Positions 1 to 13,533 of a DNA stretch of 64,000 nt are shown here, in pieces (position 1 is the stretch's first letter; every line of letters starts with the position of its first letter). The DNA is from Chlorokybus atmophyticus. Its lineage: Eukaryota; Plantae; Mesostigma and Chlorokybus algae. The stretch lies in the NCBI GenBank assembly GCA_009103225.1, contig RHPI01002910.1:299159-363158 (forward strand), in the 5' to 3' direction. The notes below the pieces were generated by a model, which saw only the letters and a program-made list of their open reading frames with translations, had not been told where the DNA came from and made no database searches. Both the position numbers and the translations under genes were made by a program.

Positions 1-8
1 TGTTGCAG

Positions 9-1109
9 TTACTGTTCGGCACCTGTGCTGGTCATCATTGATGTTCAACCAAAGGAGTTGGGCATTCCAACTCAAGCATACTGCGCTGTGGAGGATGTGA
101 AGGAGAATGGCACGGAGAAGGCACAGAAGACGTTTGTTCATGTACCCTCAGAGATCGACGCATACGAGGCAGAGGAAATTGGCGTTGAGCACTTGCTGCG
201 AGATGTTAAGGATGCTACCATCAGCACACTTGCAACAGAGGTCAGCTACTGGCTTCATTTCCGTTGTTGTGTGTCTGCTTGCAGTAGCCAAGCATATGTC
301 GAGTTGTTGCGCATAGGCTACCAGCTTTTGGCTTGAGTGGTGGCATGCATGTGCATTGTCGTTCTCTTGCTTGTGCACGCCGTGCCATTGACCTTTTGGT
401 CCAGCAACATTGTTTGGTCTGCTGTATATGTCACCGTGTTTGTTGTCATGGTGATAGGTCAGTGCCAAGCTGGCGTCTCTGAAAGGCTTGCAGTCGAGGC
501 TAAAAGAGATCCAAAGCTACATGGATGCCGTGATTGCGGGCAAGTTGCCCATCAACCATGAAATCATGTACGAGCTTCAGGTGAGTGTCGCGCACTCTGT
601 ACCAGGAATTCACAGCTAGATAGGATTGCCCGAGTCACTGCTGCTGCCGTCTTTTCAGGACATCTTCAGCTTGCTTCCCAACCTAAATCGCGAGGAGCTA
701 ATAAAGGCATTTTCAGGTGACATTACACTAATTTTATTCGAATCCCGCATCCCTGGATGTTGATTGCATGATGCTGAAACTGTTACATGACATGTTGCAG
801 TCAAAACGAACGACATGATGGTGGTGATTTACCTGTCAAGCCTGATTCGCTCAGTTATTGCGCTGCACGACCTCATCAGCAACAAGGTATGTTGTTGCAT
901 CTCTATCAACAACACCTTGCATTCTTACAACTTGCCCAAGCCATCAATGTATCTTGCGTAATTAGTTCATGACCATTGTGCAGTTTACACCATACCAGAG
1001 CATTGACACTGGTTCGTGGTTGACCGATGGTGTTACGCAGGCATTGAACAAGGAAGCCGAAAGACTGGCCGATTCCAGAGAAGACAATGCACTGCATGTT
1101 GCATCATAG
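9..1109 (+). CDS. RPN8: 26S proteasome lid subunit RPN8/PSMD7 (MPN domain), 5'-truncated by the window edge; exons ~9-240, 458-580, 659-716, 801-886, 1041-1109
   Basis: GT-AG spliced exons give [18 protein letters not shown]...[32 protein letters not shown] / [18 protein letters not shown]...[13 protein letters not shown] / DIFSLLPNL / [28 protein letters not shown]. These are the recognisable conserved Rpn8 motifs. Confidence 0.95.
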
Positions 1110-2551
1110 GATGTGCTTGCGGTTGGTGGCGCACATGATGGAACTCGTCGTGCATGCGCATGTTTTGCCAGTGCTGTAGATCGTGATGTTCTTGCTGCTT
1201 GATTCGAGCAAGTACCAGTTGCGGTTGTTGCAAGGAAGCATGTTATTGCAATGCTCCAAGTGTGGAATTAGCTTTCCTGTTTCAAGTGCGCATGTTGATT
1301 AGTGCGCCTTTGGTGCACTAGGCGTACATTTGCTGCTGCTTGCTGCTAACGCTGATTTGTACTATGTTGAAACTGACAGAGTGTGTGAGTTGTATTGTGT
1401 GTTTCCATTGCCTTGCCTGCCTAGTGTCACTACACAGTCCTTGCCTATGCAATCCGCATTTGATGAACTATACTCATTGTTACCAGTAGTAACATGGTCA
1501 ACGCGCTCATAGGCAAAGAACGTTCTAGGATTCTAGCAATAACTTCATTATGCACGGCGCGCAAAAGATGCAAGCTGCATCACGCGCAGACAAGGCACAT
1601 ACCCCTTCCGCATTTTCCGTACACCGCATTCACATGTCACACACCGGACGAGGCCATGCATGTCTACAACTACCTCGTGCATATCCTGTACACCAACTCA
1701 GCACACTGCATTTTGCATATGCGAGCACGGCACTTCTTATCGATTGGCCTAGCGGAATCAATTAAGCCTAACCGATGTAGACAAAGCAGTAGGTGCGAGT
1801 ATAGTTACAATAATGCAAGAGGCAAAGAATAATTGTATTATATTTATTGGTTTGATGTGAACCATGTTCACATAAGTTTTATGTGTCATGTTACAGAAAC
1901 CCTTTTTCATACAATGTTTGATGTTATGTACACGAGCATTCAATGAAAATGCGAACATATTCTTGCAATACAAATTGCAGGAGGGTTGGCAATATATTGT
2001 AATATGCATGTAATTTAGCATGCAAGTATCCAATTTAAACGTGTTTCAGCTATAATTGAAGAATCATAAAACCTTCGTGCGTGCATTTGGATGCTGTTAC
2101 AACACAGTATGCAAACATTGCCTTCAAGATATGCACCAATATGTAATAAGCTGAGACTCCACTAGACAACACCACTGTTGCTCATTCATCTCTTTGCTGG
2201 AGTTCTAGTTGCATGCATTGTTATACCGTACGTATGATACAGGATGTCCTCCGGGCGGCATGTCGCATGGAATATCAAAGCGATGTCAGTAGCTTTGGTA
2301 ATCTGCACGCGCTTGTCAACGTACCATAACTTGTGCATGTCGTACATGTACAAGCTGTACTGTCCTGTCCAGCGTGTACGGGGCATAGTGCTTCATGGCA
2401 ACAAATCAGACAGAGCAATGATTGTTTCATCAATACTTATCGGTGTTTAGAAATCCTCAGCTCACAGCTATGGCCAGTCATACCACCTTTTAGCCATGGA
2501 TTCTCGATGGAGTATTGTATCATGGTACCTTGTAGGGACACAACACGCCAA

Positions 2552-2584
2552 CCTGCCAAGTTTGGCAGGCTGAGGCCCTACTAG
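2552..2584 (+). mobile_element. Helitron-like 3' terminus (hairpin + CTAG); 5' end not located
   Basis: Perfect 8-bp stem CCTGCCAA-gt-TTGGCAGG (2552-2569), then 11 nt, then CTAG (2581-2584) followed by T. This is the canonical Helitron 3' geometry. No RepHel coding sequence was seen. Confidence 0.35.
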
Positions 2585-3764
2585 TAGACCCTACTACTAC
2601 GCAGCTTTCCACTGCTTGCTGAGCATGTTGCCTGCTGCACGGCAATGGCGCCTCGGTCGTGGCGGAGGCGGAAGACACGGCGGCGGAGGCGGATGCAGGA
2701 AATTAGGGTAAGCTTAGCAGGTAACTTATGCGTGAGCGAGGCTCTCGCGTTCCAGCGACCGCAGCTGTCTTGTCGCGCTGCACGCGTGTTTTTTGGCGGG
2801 TGGTCGCTCATGGCTCCATATGGACAAGACTGCAGGCGGCAAGCTGCGGCGCTTGCTTGGCTCAGGCGGCAGGGCGAAGAAATTGAGGTACTTGTATGTG
2901 CGGTATGCAAATATTGATGTGTGTGCAGGCATCCGTATGCTTGTTCCTTTCTTGCAGCGCGGTGTTGTACATAGGTTCAGGCAGCAAGGCGGAGGTTTCA
3001 AATGCCTGCTGAGCTTATCTGAGCATGCGTTTTGCGAGCACCTTTGTGGTTCAATTTGCCCGCATTAGGTGGCCCTGGCATCAGTAAAAGCGCGTTTACA
3101 CAGCATGGAGATTGCGCTTTTGGCCGTAAGTGCTCGAGTACCGGTAGGCAGTGCTTTTCGGCATGTCATGTCACGAGTCAAAGCTAGCGTGCTATTGACA
3201 CCGTTGCTGAGCTGGCTTATTGACGGTCTGACTGTCAGCAGCAGGCATGCTCACATGAAGTCAATCGTCCTTCCTGTACGCGACGCTACGCTGCTTGTGA
3301 TCGTTGCAACCAGCATGGACGACTTGTACGAGGCAATGCGCGTGAGTACGCGGACGGCAAAAGTAGCTGCCGTCGCATCCAGCGGAAGCCCCTAGACGCC
3401 CTGGGCTGTCGTGGTTAATGAGGAGAGTTGACATCGCCCCAAGCCTGCACAAGGACGTCAGCGCCGTACGTTCGCAACGCAGCACTGTACGAAGCGTTGA
3501 TCAGCAACGCTATGATGGCGAATGAATGGGAGAGCTATTTTGGGGCCGCGCTTGGCAAGCAGTTTGGCATAAGAAGCGGGCACTTTCCAGCGCAACTTCA
3601 AGTTGCAAGTTTGCGCGTATGTTGGCATGCTTCAACGCTACAGGCAAGTTGGCTTGTTGGCCTACTGGCATGCGTTTCGCTGGTTGGTTCTGATCTTACG
3701 CACTCGACTTGTGTGATTGGTCAGGTTGCAAACTTGCAGCTCAAGTCGTCGCTCAACGTTTACC

Positions 3765-4133
3765 ATGCGCTTCAGCAAAAGCCTGCTGCCGACATGGCTA
3801 GCGCCACTTGCAACCGCTTTACTGCTGCTCGCCTATGCAGTTCACGCTCAAGTTGTTGTGAGGTACGTGCAACAACAACTGCGGTTACTGAGCAGCTAAT
3901 TTCAAACGTCAAGCATACAGCATCTGGTGTTGAGTTAAGTGCAAGCAATCTCATGCCTCAGCAGTGTGGTCCAGCTTAGTGGTTGGCGTTGCTGACATGT
4001 TGGCCTGCGGCAGGCAACCTGGCTTTCAAGTGATCACTGTGTTTGAGGGGCTCGACTTCCCGACATGCGTCCGTTTTGCACCAGACGGGCGTGTGTTTGT
4101 CGGCGAGAAGGATGGTATGTGGTGCATAATGTG

Positions 4134-4174
<41 letters not shown>

Positions 4175-7100
4175 GTGAGCAGGACATTGAATGCCATAGC
4201 AGTGCGGTTGGCAGGCGTTGTTGTCGTTACACTTTGTGCTGGCAGGCCTTATAAAGGTTTTTTCTAGCGTGACAAGCACAGACCCACCTGTCGTTGCGGT
4301 CGATCTAACAAATGTGAGTTGACGAAGCCAAGCCCCTGCGACCCATGCTGCACGTGCGCTGACCTGAGTAACGAAATTTCATTTCAACCAGTTGGCTGGA
4401 TGTTGCAGGTGGTTGACACACCGGGAGACCGAGGCATTCTTGGAGTAAGCATAAGACCAACAATGACACCCGAGGGCTACTTGCAGGTAAGGCTGTGGCT
4501 GTTAGCACTGGCTGCGGTTAGCCCAGCTTGATACCAACCGCTGCGCCTTTGTACACTCAGATGTACGTGACATACACTGTGCGCGTTGGTGCCAATGTGT
4601 GTGCCGTGGAGCCGTGCGTTGCCAACAGTCGGCTATCACGCTGGACAATTGGTAAGCTGCCACAGCACATTATATTTATCTTGAGTGTCACCTGGCTTGG
4701 TCGGCTGACAAGCTAGAGCAACCCGTGCAGGTCCTGACAGCCAGATTGTACCTGGCTCGACTGAAGAGATCCTCATCGACAATGTGGGGTGCCAGGTACG
4801 CAAGGCCTTTGTGACCTTCTTCGCAGTGCACACGGCCTCCTTGTGTGTGTGTGTGCGGCAAACCAACGCCCTGCACTCCCGCAGGAGTTCTACTCCCACA
4901 GCATTGGCGATTGCTTTTTTGATGAAGCGGGTGTCTTGTACGTGGCAGCGGGCGAAGGTGCATCTTACTCCGCCGTTGACTTTGGTAAGGATGACACCCT
5001 GCGCTGTGTGTGCGTTGTCACTACCGCAAGGCCATCCCATCGAGTGAAAATGTCAGGGCGTATAGAACATGCTTTGCTGTGCCACAGTCAACGGTTGACT
5101 CACTTGCTGACAAGGAACCCTGTGCCGATGGCAGGAAACCTTGGTAACCTGTGTGGTAGTCCACCAGCCACCACACCTGGACAAAATTTAATACCACCAA
5201 ATGCAGAGGGTGGTGCGCTTCGAGCGCAGCATTACAGGTACATTACCAAGCGGCATTGCTGCAGCCTACTCTTAGAGTGTGCATCATGGCATGCTTTGTG
5301 TGTTAGCTATTGATTTCACGGTGCATGCCAATACAAAAGTTATTGCGGGCCAAGCTTTGCTGTCATGTACGGTACAACTTATGAGGTGCCTCGGTTATAA
5401 GCATACCGTGTGCTCATGCCCTAGGTCTGGTGACCAGACTGCTTGGCCTATTTTTAAGATAGGCCATGTAATATGGTATGGTACAAGTTGTACTCCCATG
5501 CAGTGCATGGCAACCAGACGCAACTCACAGAGCATTGTTGTTTGTTGCAGGAGTGCCATTACACCTTGGCAGCCAGCGTACCACGGTTCAATGCTGAGGT
5601 TGAATGCTCTCGATGGGACAGCGCTCAATTCCACTGCAGGGTTTAAACCTGGCGATACCAGCGGTCGCAACAGAATATTGGTGAGCTGCTGACGCTGAAT
5701 AACGGTCTGCGGTTGTATGGCCCTTGGTGATGTGCCATCATGGAGCCATCCAATAAGCAAACGACTAATGTTTGACCAGTTCTTGATTTGGCAATGCAGG
5801 CTTATGGCATGCGGAACCCTTACAGGTAAGCCTCAATGTTGACGCTGACTGTGGGGTGCATGCCCGCTGGTCATGGTCAACCAAATTGCTTGTTTTATCA
5901 TGTCTGTCAAGCGCAGTGTGTCTGATGCACCTGGTACCTGACATGCAGGGGCTGTGTTCGTCCAGGCACAAGTGAGATCTGGTGGGGTGTTGTTGGTGAC
6001 AAGTAAGTAATACATGCCCCAATAAGTAGCACATACTTCTGCTGGTCATCATAGTGTAGCAGGTTGCCTGTTGCTGAGTGACCCTTTGATCAAACAGTAC
6101 CTACGAGTCCATCAGCGTCGTGCAGAACCCTACGGGCACAGCAGCATTGAACTTTGGTTGGCCTTGTTATGAGGTAATACAAGGACATTGCTGTTGTACG
6201 TGAACCTAAAACATCACTATCGGTTTGCACTTCCACTGACCATGGCTGGCAGGGTCCATCCTTGATGCCTGATTATCAAGATGTGAGTCCACCACTGTCT
6301 ATGTGCACATCACTGGATCCAGCAACGTTCACTCCTCCTTTCTATAGGTATTGCTATGCAAAACACAGTGTGGTGCGTTTAACTTAACATGTGCTCCCTG
6401 TTCATTGATTGCCTCTGTTGACTTCCCTTGCAGCTGGAAGCACAGCGCCCCTCCCAATCCAGATGGCTTGTGCTCGGCTGCCACTGGCAAAACGGGCTCT
6501 GCAATAAGTGCTTTGCAGTTTTACAACGGACCCTACTTCCCAGGTAATAGGCATCTGCTCCACAACCACACTTTACTCAACCATTGCATCTACTGGCTGA
6601 CCTTGCTTGTCATGCAGCCCAATACAAAGGAGCCTTATTCTTTGCTGACTACGCCATTGGCTGTGTCTGGGCAATGCTCAAGGGACCTACAGGGGCGCCC
6701 GATCCCAACAACATCGTCACGGTAATTGATGGGATTGCCAGCGTTGACCTTCAGTCGGCACCACTGTCTCTCGGCGGTGGCTTGTATACAGGTATACTTC
6801 GGAGATGCCTTCAGCCTACAGTCCTGCCTGCCCAAACCCTTGCCCAGCACATAGAAACCCAGCCCTGACAGTAGTTGTTAGTTGTTTGGTTGCTTGGTTG
6901 TGTGTGAGTGCTTGGCGCGTGTGTTGCTGTTGCTGTTGCTGTTGGTTTGCCTACTCTCATTCTCATTCCCATACCTGCGCAGTAAATTTCTATTATGGGG
7001 CGATCTACAGGATTGCCTACAACAATGAGCCGCTGCTGTACGCGGCAATTGTTGTGGACACTCTGTACGGCGTGGCGCCGCATGCCTGTGATTTTGATTC

Positions 7101-10100
7101 GTCGCAATCAGCTGGCAGTCCGCCCATCACAAGTTACGCATGGGACTTCAATGGCGATGGTACTACTTTTGTGCCAGCAACAGCGTCGTAGCTGGATTAG
7201 CAGCCCTTGAGAGCACACTGCTTACACATGTGGCTTGCCAATGACACTCGCACTGGATGCAGGAGTGACCGAATCAACAGCAGCCTCTGCCACTTACACA
7301 TACACAGTCGCTGGCGTATATCAAGCTCGTTTGACTGTCTTCAGTAGTGCCACGTCCGCCACAGCGACTAAGAAAATCTCCATTCTGAACTCCAACAGTG
7401 ATTTGCCCACTGCGGCCATCACTTACCCAGCAGATGGTGGTTCATTTGTGGTCAATCAGGTCTTTGACTGCACAGCCCAAGTCGGGCCCGCAGGTGCGGT
7501 GGCATCCTGGCGCATAATCCAATTCCACTGTGCATCGACACAGGTGAGAGTCCACTTCCTACTAGGACTTGCATTGTGCCCTCAATGTGGCTGCTGACCG
7601 GAAATATTGGCAAATCTTGAGTGTTTTTATTGCATCAGGTGGACATCAGCTGCCATACACACATCGTTGCCATAGCGGGGAATGTTCTAACAACGCGGTT
7701 GATTGTGCCTGACCACGCATGGTACAACTACATCCAAATCATTCTGTACAGTACCGTTCCTTCTGGTGCAGTAACAAGTACAGCGGTGAGTACGGCTTTT
7801 TTGCTACCTGAGCAGTCTTGACACTTGAGTCGCTGCATTTCGTTGTTTCACAAACGTCATTGCTTCTGTCTTGTCTGCTGTTGCTTCAGGTGAACCTCTA
7901 CCCAGTGCAAGGTATCTCGCTGAATCATTGATGTCCGCTGGTAGTGGGGTTCACGACTCTGTTGTCATAGTTGTTGCATGTTCACTCAGCCTGGTGTCAT
8001 GAATGTCAGTCCAGCCGGTATGCTGCTCATACTGGGATGTCAGCCAGGCTGACATGCTTTGTGGAAATCCATACCTCCAGCGTTCAGAGGTTGCATGGTT
8101 GTCTCATTTGTCAGCAATACTCAGCCAATACGATTCTTTCACAGTTACCATAACCTACCAGACTGTGCCATCCGGGCTGACTGTGAGCGGGCAAAATCCA
8201 GCTCAGCCTTCTCCATATTCCGTGGTTGGTATCGCTGGATCATCAATCACCATGTCTGCGCAAAGTCCACAGACTCTCAACGGCGTCAGCTGGAAGTTTG
8301 TTCAATGGCAGGCGAGCACTGCTGTGAAACAGTTCTACTTCTCGTGTATGTGCAAAGACACACATGCGCTCGGAAGCACCATGTGAAAACGCGCGCATGC
8401 AACCTGTTAATGCAGTGTGGTGCACATATTTTCTTTTTCTGATTTAGCTGTGCATGTTCAGGATGGAAACAATCAAGCCACACGAGTGGTAGTGAACCCC
8501 ACCACAGCATTCACTTGGACGGCACAATTTCAGCCAGCATCTGTGCCATGGCCACCACCTGCAGCACCACGCGTCTCCTCGCCTCCCCCGACACCTTTCC
8601 CTCCGCCACCTCTTGTCGCCAGTCCTCCACCATCGCCACCACCAACACCTTCCTCTCCAACCAGCCCACCCATCGGTACGATTGCAGAAGTGTCCCTTGC
8701 ACTGCACTGCTCACCTCCTACACTTACCACACAAAACGCCTGGTTGTTACTCGTAACGCTCACCTCTTAGTAATGTCATGTACAGCTTCCTGCTTAACCA
8801 GTAGTAGTTACTCTACACCCTTCAGAGCTTTGCGCGTGTACTCACAAACAACTATTTTGTTAAACCTCATGGAAAACCAGAAGTAGTCTGGATGTACTTA
8901 AATCATCCACAAGCGCTGTATCAACCGTAAACATTTGCTGCGATGTCACCTGTTCATTGATGGTTGCTTTCTTTTTTGCTACCAAGCAGGGAATCTGGTG
9001 GTGTACTTCACACTGACGGACACTGGCTCCACCAATGTGGTTCTCAACACTGCGCCACTTGCCAGATATGGTAATGGCAAGGTGTTTGATTCAGGCACGC
9101 GCGGTTTGGCTGCAGTGAGAACCGGGAATGGGTATGACTTCCAGGGCTTGGGACCAGGCTACACTCACATCAACTTTGGGGATGCTGAAACACCACCAGG
9201 TGAGCCGCGGTGCTATGTGCCCATGTCGCAGTGTGCACTGCATGGTCGGTGCTGTGATTGGTTTGCAAGCGTGCATATCAAAGTGCGTCAGGCTCTTTGC
9301 AATGCATTCGTATGCTGGCATAGCCACATCACCATGGCCATGCTACGTTTGCTATGACTCCCATGGAGTTTGTTGTCATGTTGACTTGATCAATGCAGCC
9401 TGTTTCTATGTATTTGCAGTGCTGACGTTGTCAAGTCGACAAATTACTTTGGCAGCCTTCATCAAGGTGCGACTTTTCCTGTTCTGTCCGTCTAGCATGC
9501 ACATGTGCACGTTGCACACTGCCATCTTGAAGACAACCACCTACACATGTCATTCCAAGCAGGTGCCAACGAAGGTTTTCCCGCCCAATACCTACCAAAA
9601 CGACTATGACATCCTCGCATCTTACCACGGCGGCATGGTTCTACGTTTCTCAACAAAGGGAGGCAACAACTTCATGTTTGGTTCAGCACCGACTGACACC
9701 GGTGTCAGCTTGGTTAACCATTCCGCTGTGGCATTCGTGAAAGCTGCGGATAGAAATCGCTTTGTTCATCTCGTCGGCGTATATAACGGCGGGAGTTACA
9801 GAATTTACAAAGATGGCAAGCTTATTAACGCCAAAGCAGAGAAGATCTCCTTTTCGTCGGTAAGCTGTTCGTGTAAGCAGATGCATCTTGGCGCGCAACC
9901 TGCTTTCGTAATTGTTCAATGCATGAACATACTGTTTGTGAGTCCGCACGCCAACAGACTTGTTAAGTTCAAGTCATCTTTATTCTTTTTCTGTTCAATC
10001 ACCACCTGCACTAACTATGACTTGTCTTACAGTTGACTGGCACGTGGAACGTTGGTAAGTGCTTTTGCTGCTGTTCATTGCAACTGCTTAGTGACATGTG

Positions 10101-10602
10101 CACTTTTAGGTCAATCTGCGTACTGTGAGTTTCAAGCTGTTTGTTCCCCACTTGACTTGGGCCTGCAGGTATGTTTGGTTCGCCATACTTTGAGGCCGTC
10201 AGTAACTTGTTTGCTGGAGTTATCAAGCACGTACAGGTTAGTGACGCGGTGATTACCGCCTTCGTAAGGGTAGGAAGCTGTCAGGAAGGATATGCATACA
10301 GCAGTCTCCGCAGTAAACATCCCTTTTGTTGTGGCAGTCTTTACCAGTGTCCAGATCTTGTAGTAGAACAATGTTCCGCCTCTTTGTGTGTGAGCATCCA
10401 GATTTTAGGCTGCACGTGCTCAGTATTCGACATGAGTGTTTCGAGTTGGATCCTTTTCACAGGATGTATCACAAGTACATGCAGCTGTGTGCTAGGCACC
10501 TTGGTGTTAACTTCAACCTTCAATCTTCTGCAGGTGTATAATACAGCGCTTTCCGCGGCGCAAGTGTCCGCTTTGTACAGCAGTTTCCAGCCAGTTGCAT
10601 AA
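3765..10602 (+). CDS. Secreted multidomain protein: signal peptide + glucose/sorbosone (PQQ-type sugar) dehydrogenase-like beta-propeller + PKD/Ig-like domains + Pro-rich linker + LamG/ConA-like domain; >20 exons
   Basis: Exon 1 encodes MRFSKSLLPTWLAPLATALLLLAYAVHAQ (signal peptide). Spliced exons give GLDFPTCVRFAPDGRVFVGEKDG, GDRGILG, CQEFYSHSIGDCFFDEAGVLYVAAGEGASY, AEGGALRAQ, AYGMRNPYR and NFGWPCYE. PKD motifs are YAWDFNGDG and YTYTVAGVYQARLTV. An SPPP-rich linker lies at ~8540-8670. LamG motifs are FVHLVGVYNGGSYRIYKDGKL and VYNTALSAAQVSALY, with TAA at 10600-10602. Confidence 0.85.
4137..4172. repeat. (TC)n microsatellite in an intron
   Basis: Uninterrupted TC dinucleotide run. Confidence 0.95.
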
Positions 10603-12367
10603 CCTGCCAAATGCAGCTGAGGAGTGTCGACTTTTCCGCTACAATAAGCCTTGGCGACGCCCAAGTCACAATCCAATGAGGCGAGCTGTGGCCAAATATG
10701 GTCAACAATAAACTATCTGTGATGTTGTTGTGAACAGTAGTGGCAATCTGTACTTTCCGTTCAGTTGTGCAAATACCGGAGCTACTGCATAAGATGGTAG
10801 TATGTGTTTGGTGCCAGTTGCTGTGGACACCATTTCAATGTAATACATGCTGTGGTGTGCTGCTGTGCGCAAGTTTTGTGTGCTGCCAGTTTGGTCGTAT
10901 GCATGCAAGAGTGTAGACACCTTGTTACAACTGTAATCAGCTCCAGACGTGCATGGTCTCAGGCGCGTTATCTGCCCAAGCAACTACAAAATGTGCCGCA
11001 AGGTGGATGACATTGCTTGTGACCTGCGCTGTGATGCGCTGCGTAGCGCAATGATACCAAGGTTGGGACACATGCGGGTAGGCCTAGCTGAGTGAGTCCC
11101 GTGGCTGTGCCCCCGTAAATGCTTGTCTCTGTTTCGTAAAGGTAAGTGTCAGTAAGTGTTTGCCCACTCCTACTTGTGTGTCTGTGCAAGGCTCTGCGTT
11201 TGCTGTCTGTGTGCCATGCTGCCGGTCTTGATCTGAAACAGCAGTCTCGGTGTCTATCAGGTGATGTGGCGCATTCAATAGCGATGGCCATGCATGCGCA
11301 GATACCAATCACACCGTAATTTGCTTATCACACTCTGCGTGCGTGCGTGCGTGCGTTGCGCTGCTGGCTGTGAACATAAGTCCAAAATGCTATGCTGTGT
11401 TGTGCAACGTTGCAGTGTCCGAGAGGCATCATATTATGCAGCGGGTACAATGGTCTTGCATGCACGAATGCTGGTTTCGTTGAGATGTGCAGAGCTTTGC
11501 ATCATTGTTGCGCCCTGCTTCTTCTTATGTGCTGCTTCCTCCTGTGGTAGCAGCTGCATATTCTGTGGCAACAGCTGAGCTGCAGATGGCCCTGCGTGTG
11601 CGGCGCCGCTGTTGTGTGCTGATGTTGTATTCCGGGCAACCACGGGCGCCAGTATGTGGTGAGCTAATTGGGTAGGCATTGGTGTGGGTGCAACCTGTGC
11701 TTGTGTCGCCGAAGGGTCTAGTCCCCAAGATGTCCGGTTGATAAACCCCAGGGTGGCTCATGTTCAACATCAGTAGACAGTCTCACACTGGCTGTGTGCG
11801 CATTGCAGGTGGTAGCACGCGCGCAAGTCTAGCCACCGGAGCCTTGGTTGGGCCAAGGCTCACAACAAGGCCCCTGGCGTGGTGATCAGGATGCAGGCTA
11901 CATTCAGTGGCAGCGGACATGGTCGCCACCTCAAAATTGCAGAATGTCATCGACGCAAAGGCAGGTCAAGCGCAGCACTTGCTCTGGGTGGCCCTTCCAT
12001 GTTTCAACGGGGTGCTTGCGCACGACCATCACACCCGTTGCAGCTGCGACCAAAGCCCGAAGCCCCAAGCTGTCGGCGGCGAGTGCCACTCGCCTCGCTT
12101 GCCCCTCATCCTGCACAGCAAACAGCCGACATGGACAGTGTCCGCTGTGCGCATTACAATGTGGTTTTTGAGACTTTACTTGCTGAGTGTCCTCTGGGCA
12201 GTCGAGTATTGTAGCGTACAGTAAATCTGTGGACTGAGTCAAGGTTTGTTCCTCAAGCTTCCTATGAATGTAGTGTGTGGACTCGCTGTATGTGTAGTAA
12301 ACTTCTTACACTATGGTGCGTGTGGGGTGGGGGCGTACAGGATATATGACGTGCTGGGTGGGTGGGT

Positions 12368-12537
12368 NNNNNNNNNNNNNNNNNNNNNNNNNNNNNNNNN
12401 NNNNNNNNNNNNNNNNNNNNNNNNNNNNNNNNNNNNNNNNNNNNNNNNNNNNNNNNNNNNNNNNNNNNNNNNNNNNNNNNNNNNNNNNNNNNNNNNNNNN
12501 NNNNNNNNNNNNNNNNNNNNNNNNNNNNNNNNNNNNN

Positions 12538-12631
<94 letters not shown>

Positions 12632-12636
12632 GGGGG
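12368..12636. other. Assembly gap (N 12368-12537) followed by a poly-G run (12538-12630)
   Basis: Seen directly in the sequence. Confidence 0.95.
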
Positions 12637-13299
12637 GCTCACTGTACGAACGTGCCAAGCTCACTGTGCCGTTGGCAATTTGCACGAGTCATGTGAATGT
12701 TTCACACTGATGTATTTGAGCATGCTGCATACATTACTTACCAGAGTACTAGCCAGGAATCCTTAGCACTGCTTTGTGCGTTGTGGCTTCGTGCGTGTAG
12801 TCCTTGCACTACAAGCGTAGCTTTGTCTGTCTGTATGTGCATAGGCCTTCATATTGCATGTGCACTATAGTAGCAATAGTACACAAATTCATCATGGATC
12901 CATTGTAGCCTTTCAATCCGCCACCATCATGCGTGGTGTGAGCTCGTGCGCAATGGTGCATGTGCTTCCACAACGTCGAGTGGTAAGTACTCTCATGCGA
13001 TGAAAGCCAGGCGCCGGGAGTGGCTGTGTTCATGAATGCCGTTGCGAAACGCTGTTGAGAATGCTCCGGAAGCATCCTTACAGATAGGCTTAGTGGTTGT
13101 GCACAAGTGCGCGCAGTATCAATGCGCTCACTCAAACGCAAATGTAATGCTTATGCACGACCTGCGCATAACACGAATATTTACGCGCAGCACTGTGGTG
13201 TGCTTCATTACTTAAGCATACACATGTACACATGTACACATGAACCCGGTGGTCAACCTTACAATGGTGTTGTTGGTATGCGCTATGTCTCTCTGCAAT

Positions 13300-13533
13300 G
13301 TCGGGTCACGTTGTCTCGGGCCGCTGGAAGGACAGACATGCTTGCTGGACATGCTACTGCAGCATGCTGTAGCATGTTTGGTGGTGTTAGCAAAAGCAAA
13401 AAGATAATCGAGCTCTTGTAACAGCAGGTGCTTCCAAGAGCACGTCCCCCGATGTGGAGGGGTGCGGACATGTGGAGCGAATCTCCTCTTTAGCATACAT
13501 GCTGTGCTGTAGGACACACAGTCAACAAGCCAC
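13300..13533 (-). repeat. Repeat B2 (outermost 3' repeat), direct copy of 14132-14359
   Basis: gggtcacgtt..ggacagacatgcttgctggacatgcta..gcagcatgctgtagcatgtttggtggtgttagcaaa..atgtggagcgaatctc..caacaagccac is present in both copies. Confidence 0.9.

Noticed and set aside
12246-12766. Poly-Gly/poly-Pro ORFs
   Set aside because: They are translations of an N gap plus a poly-G run, most likely a sequencing or assembly artefact.
12810-13141. Possible LINE remnant (PGAWLSS motif, minus strand)
   Set aside because: It is a single short motif without supporting RT or zinc-finger pattern, too weak to call.
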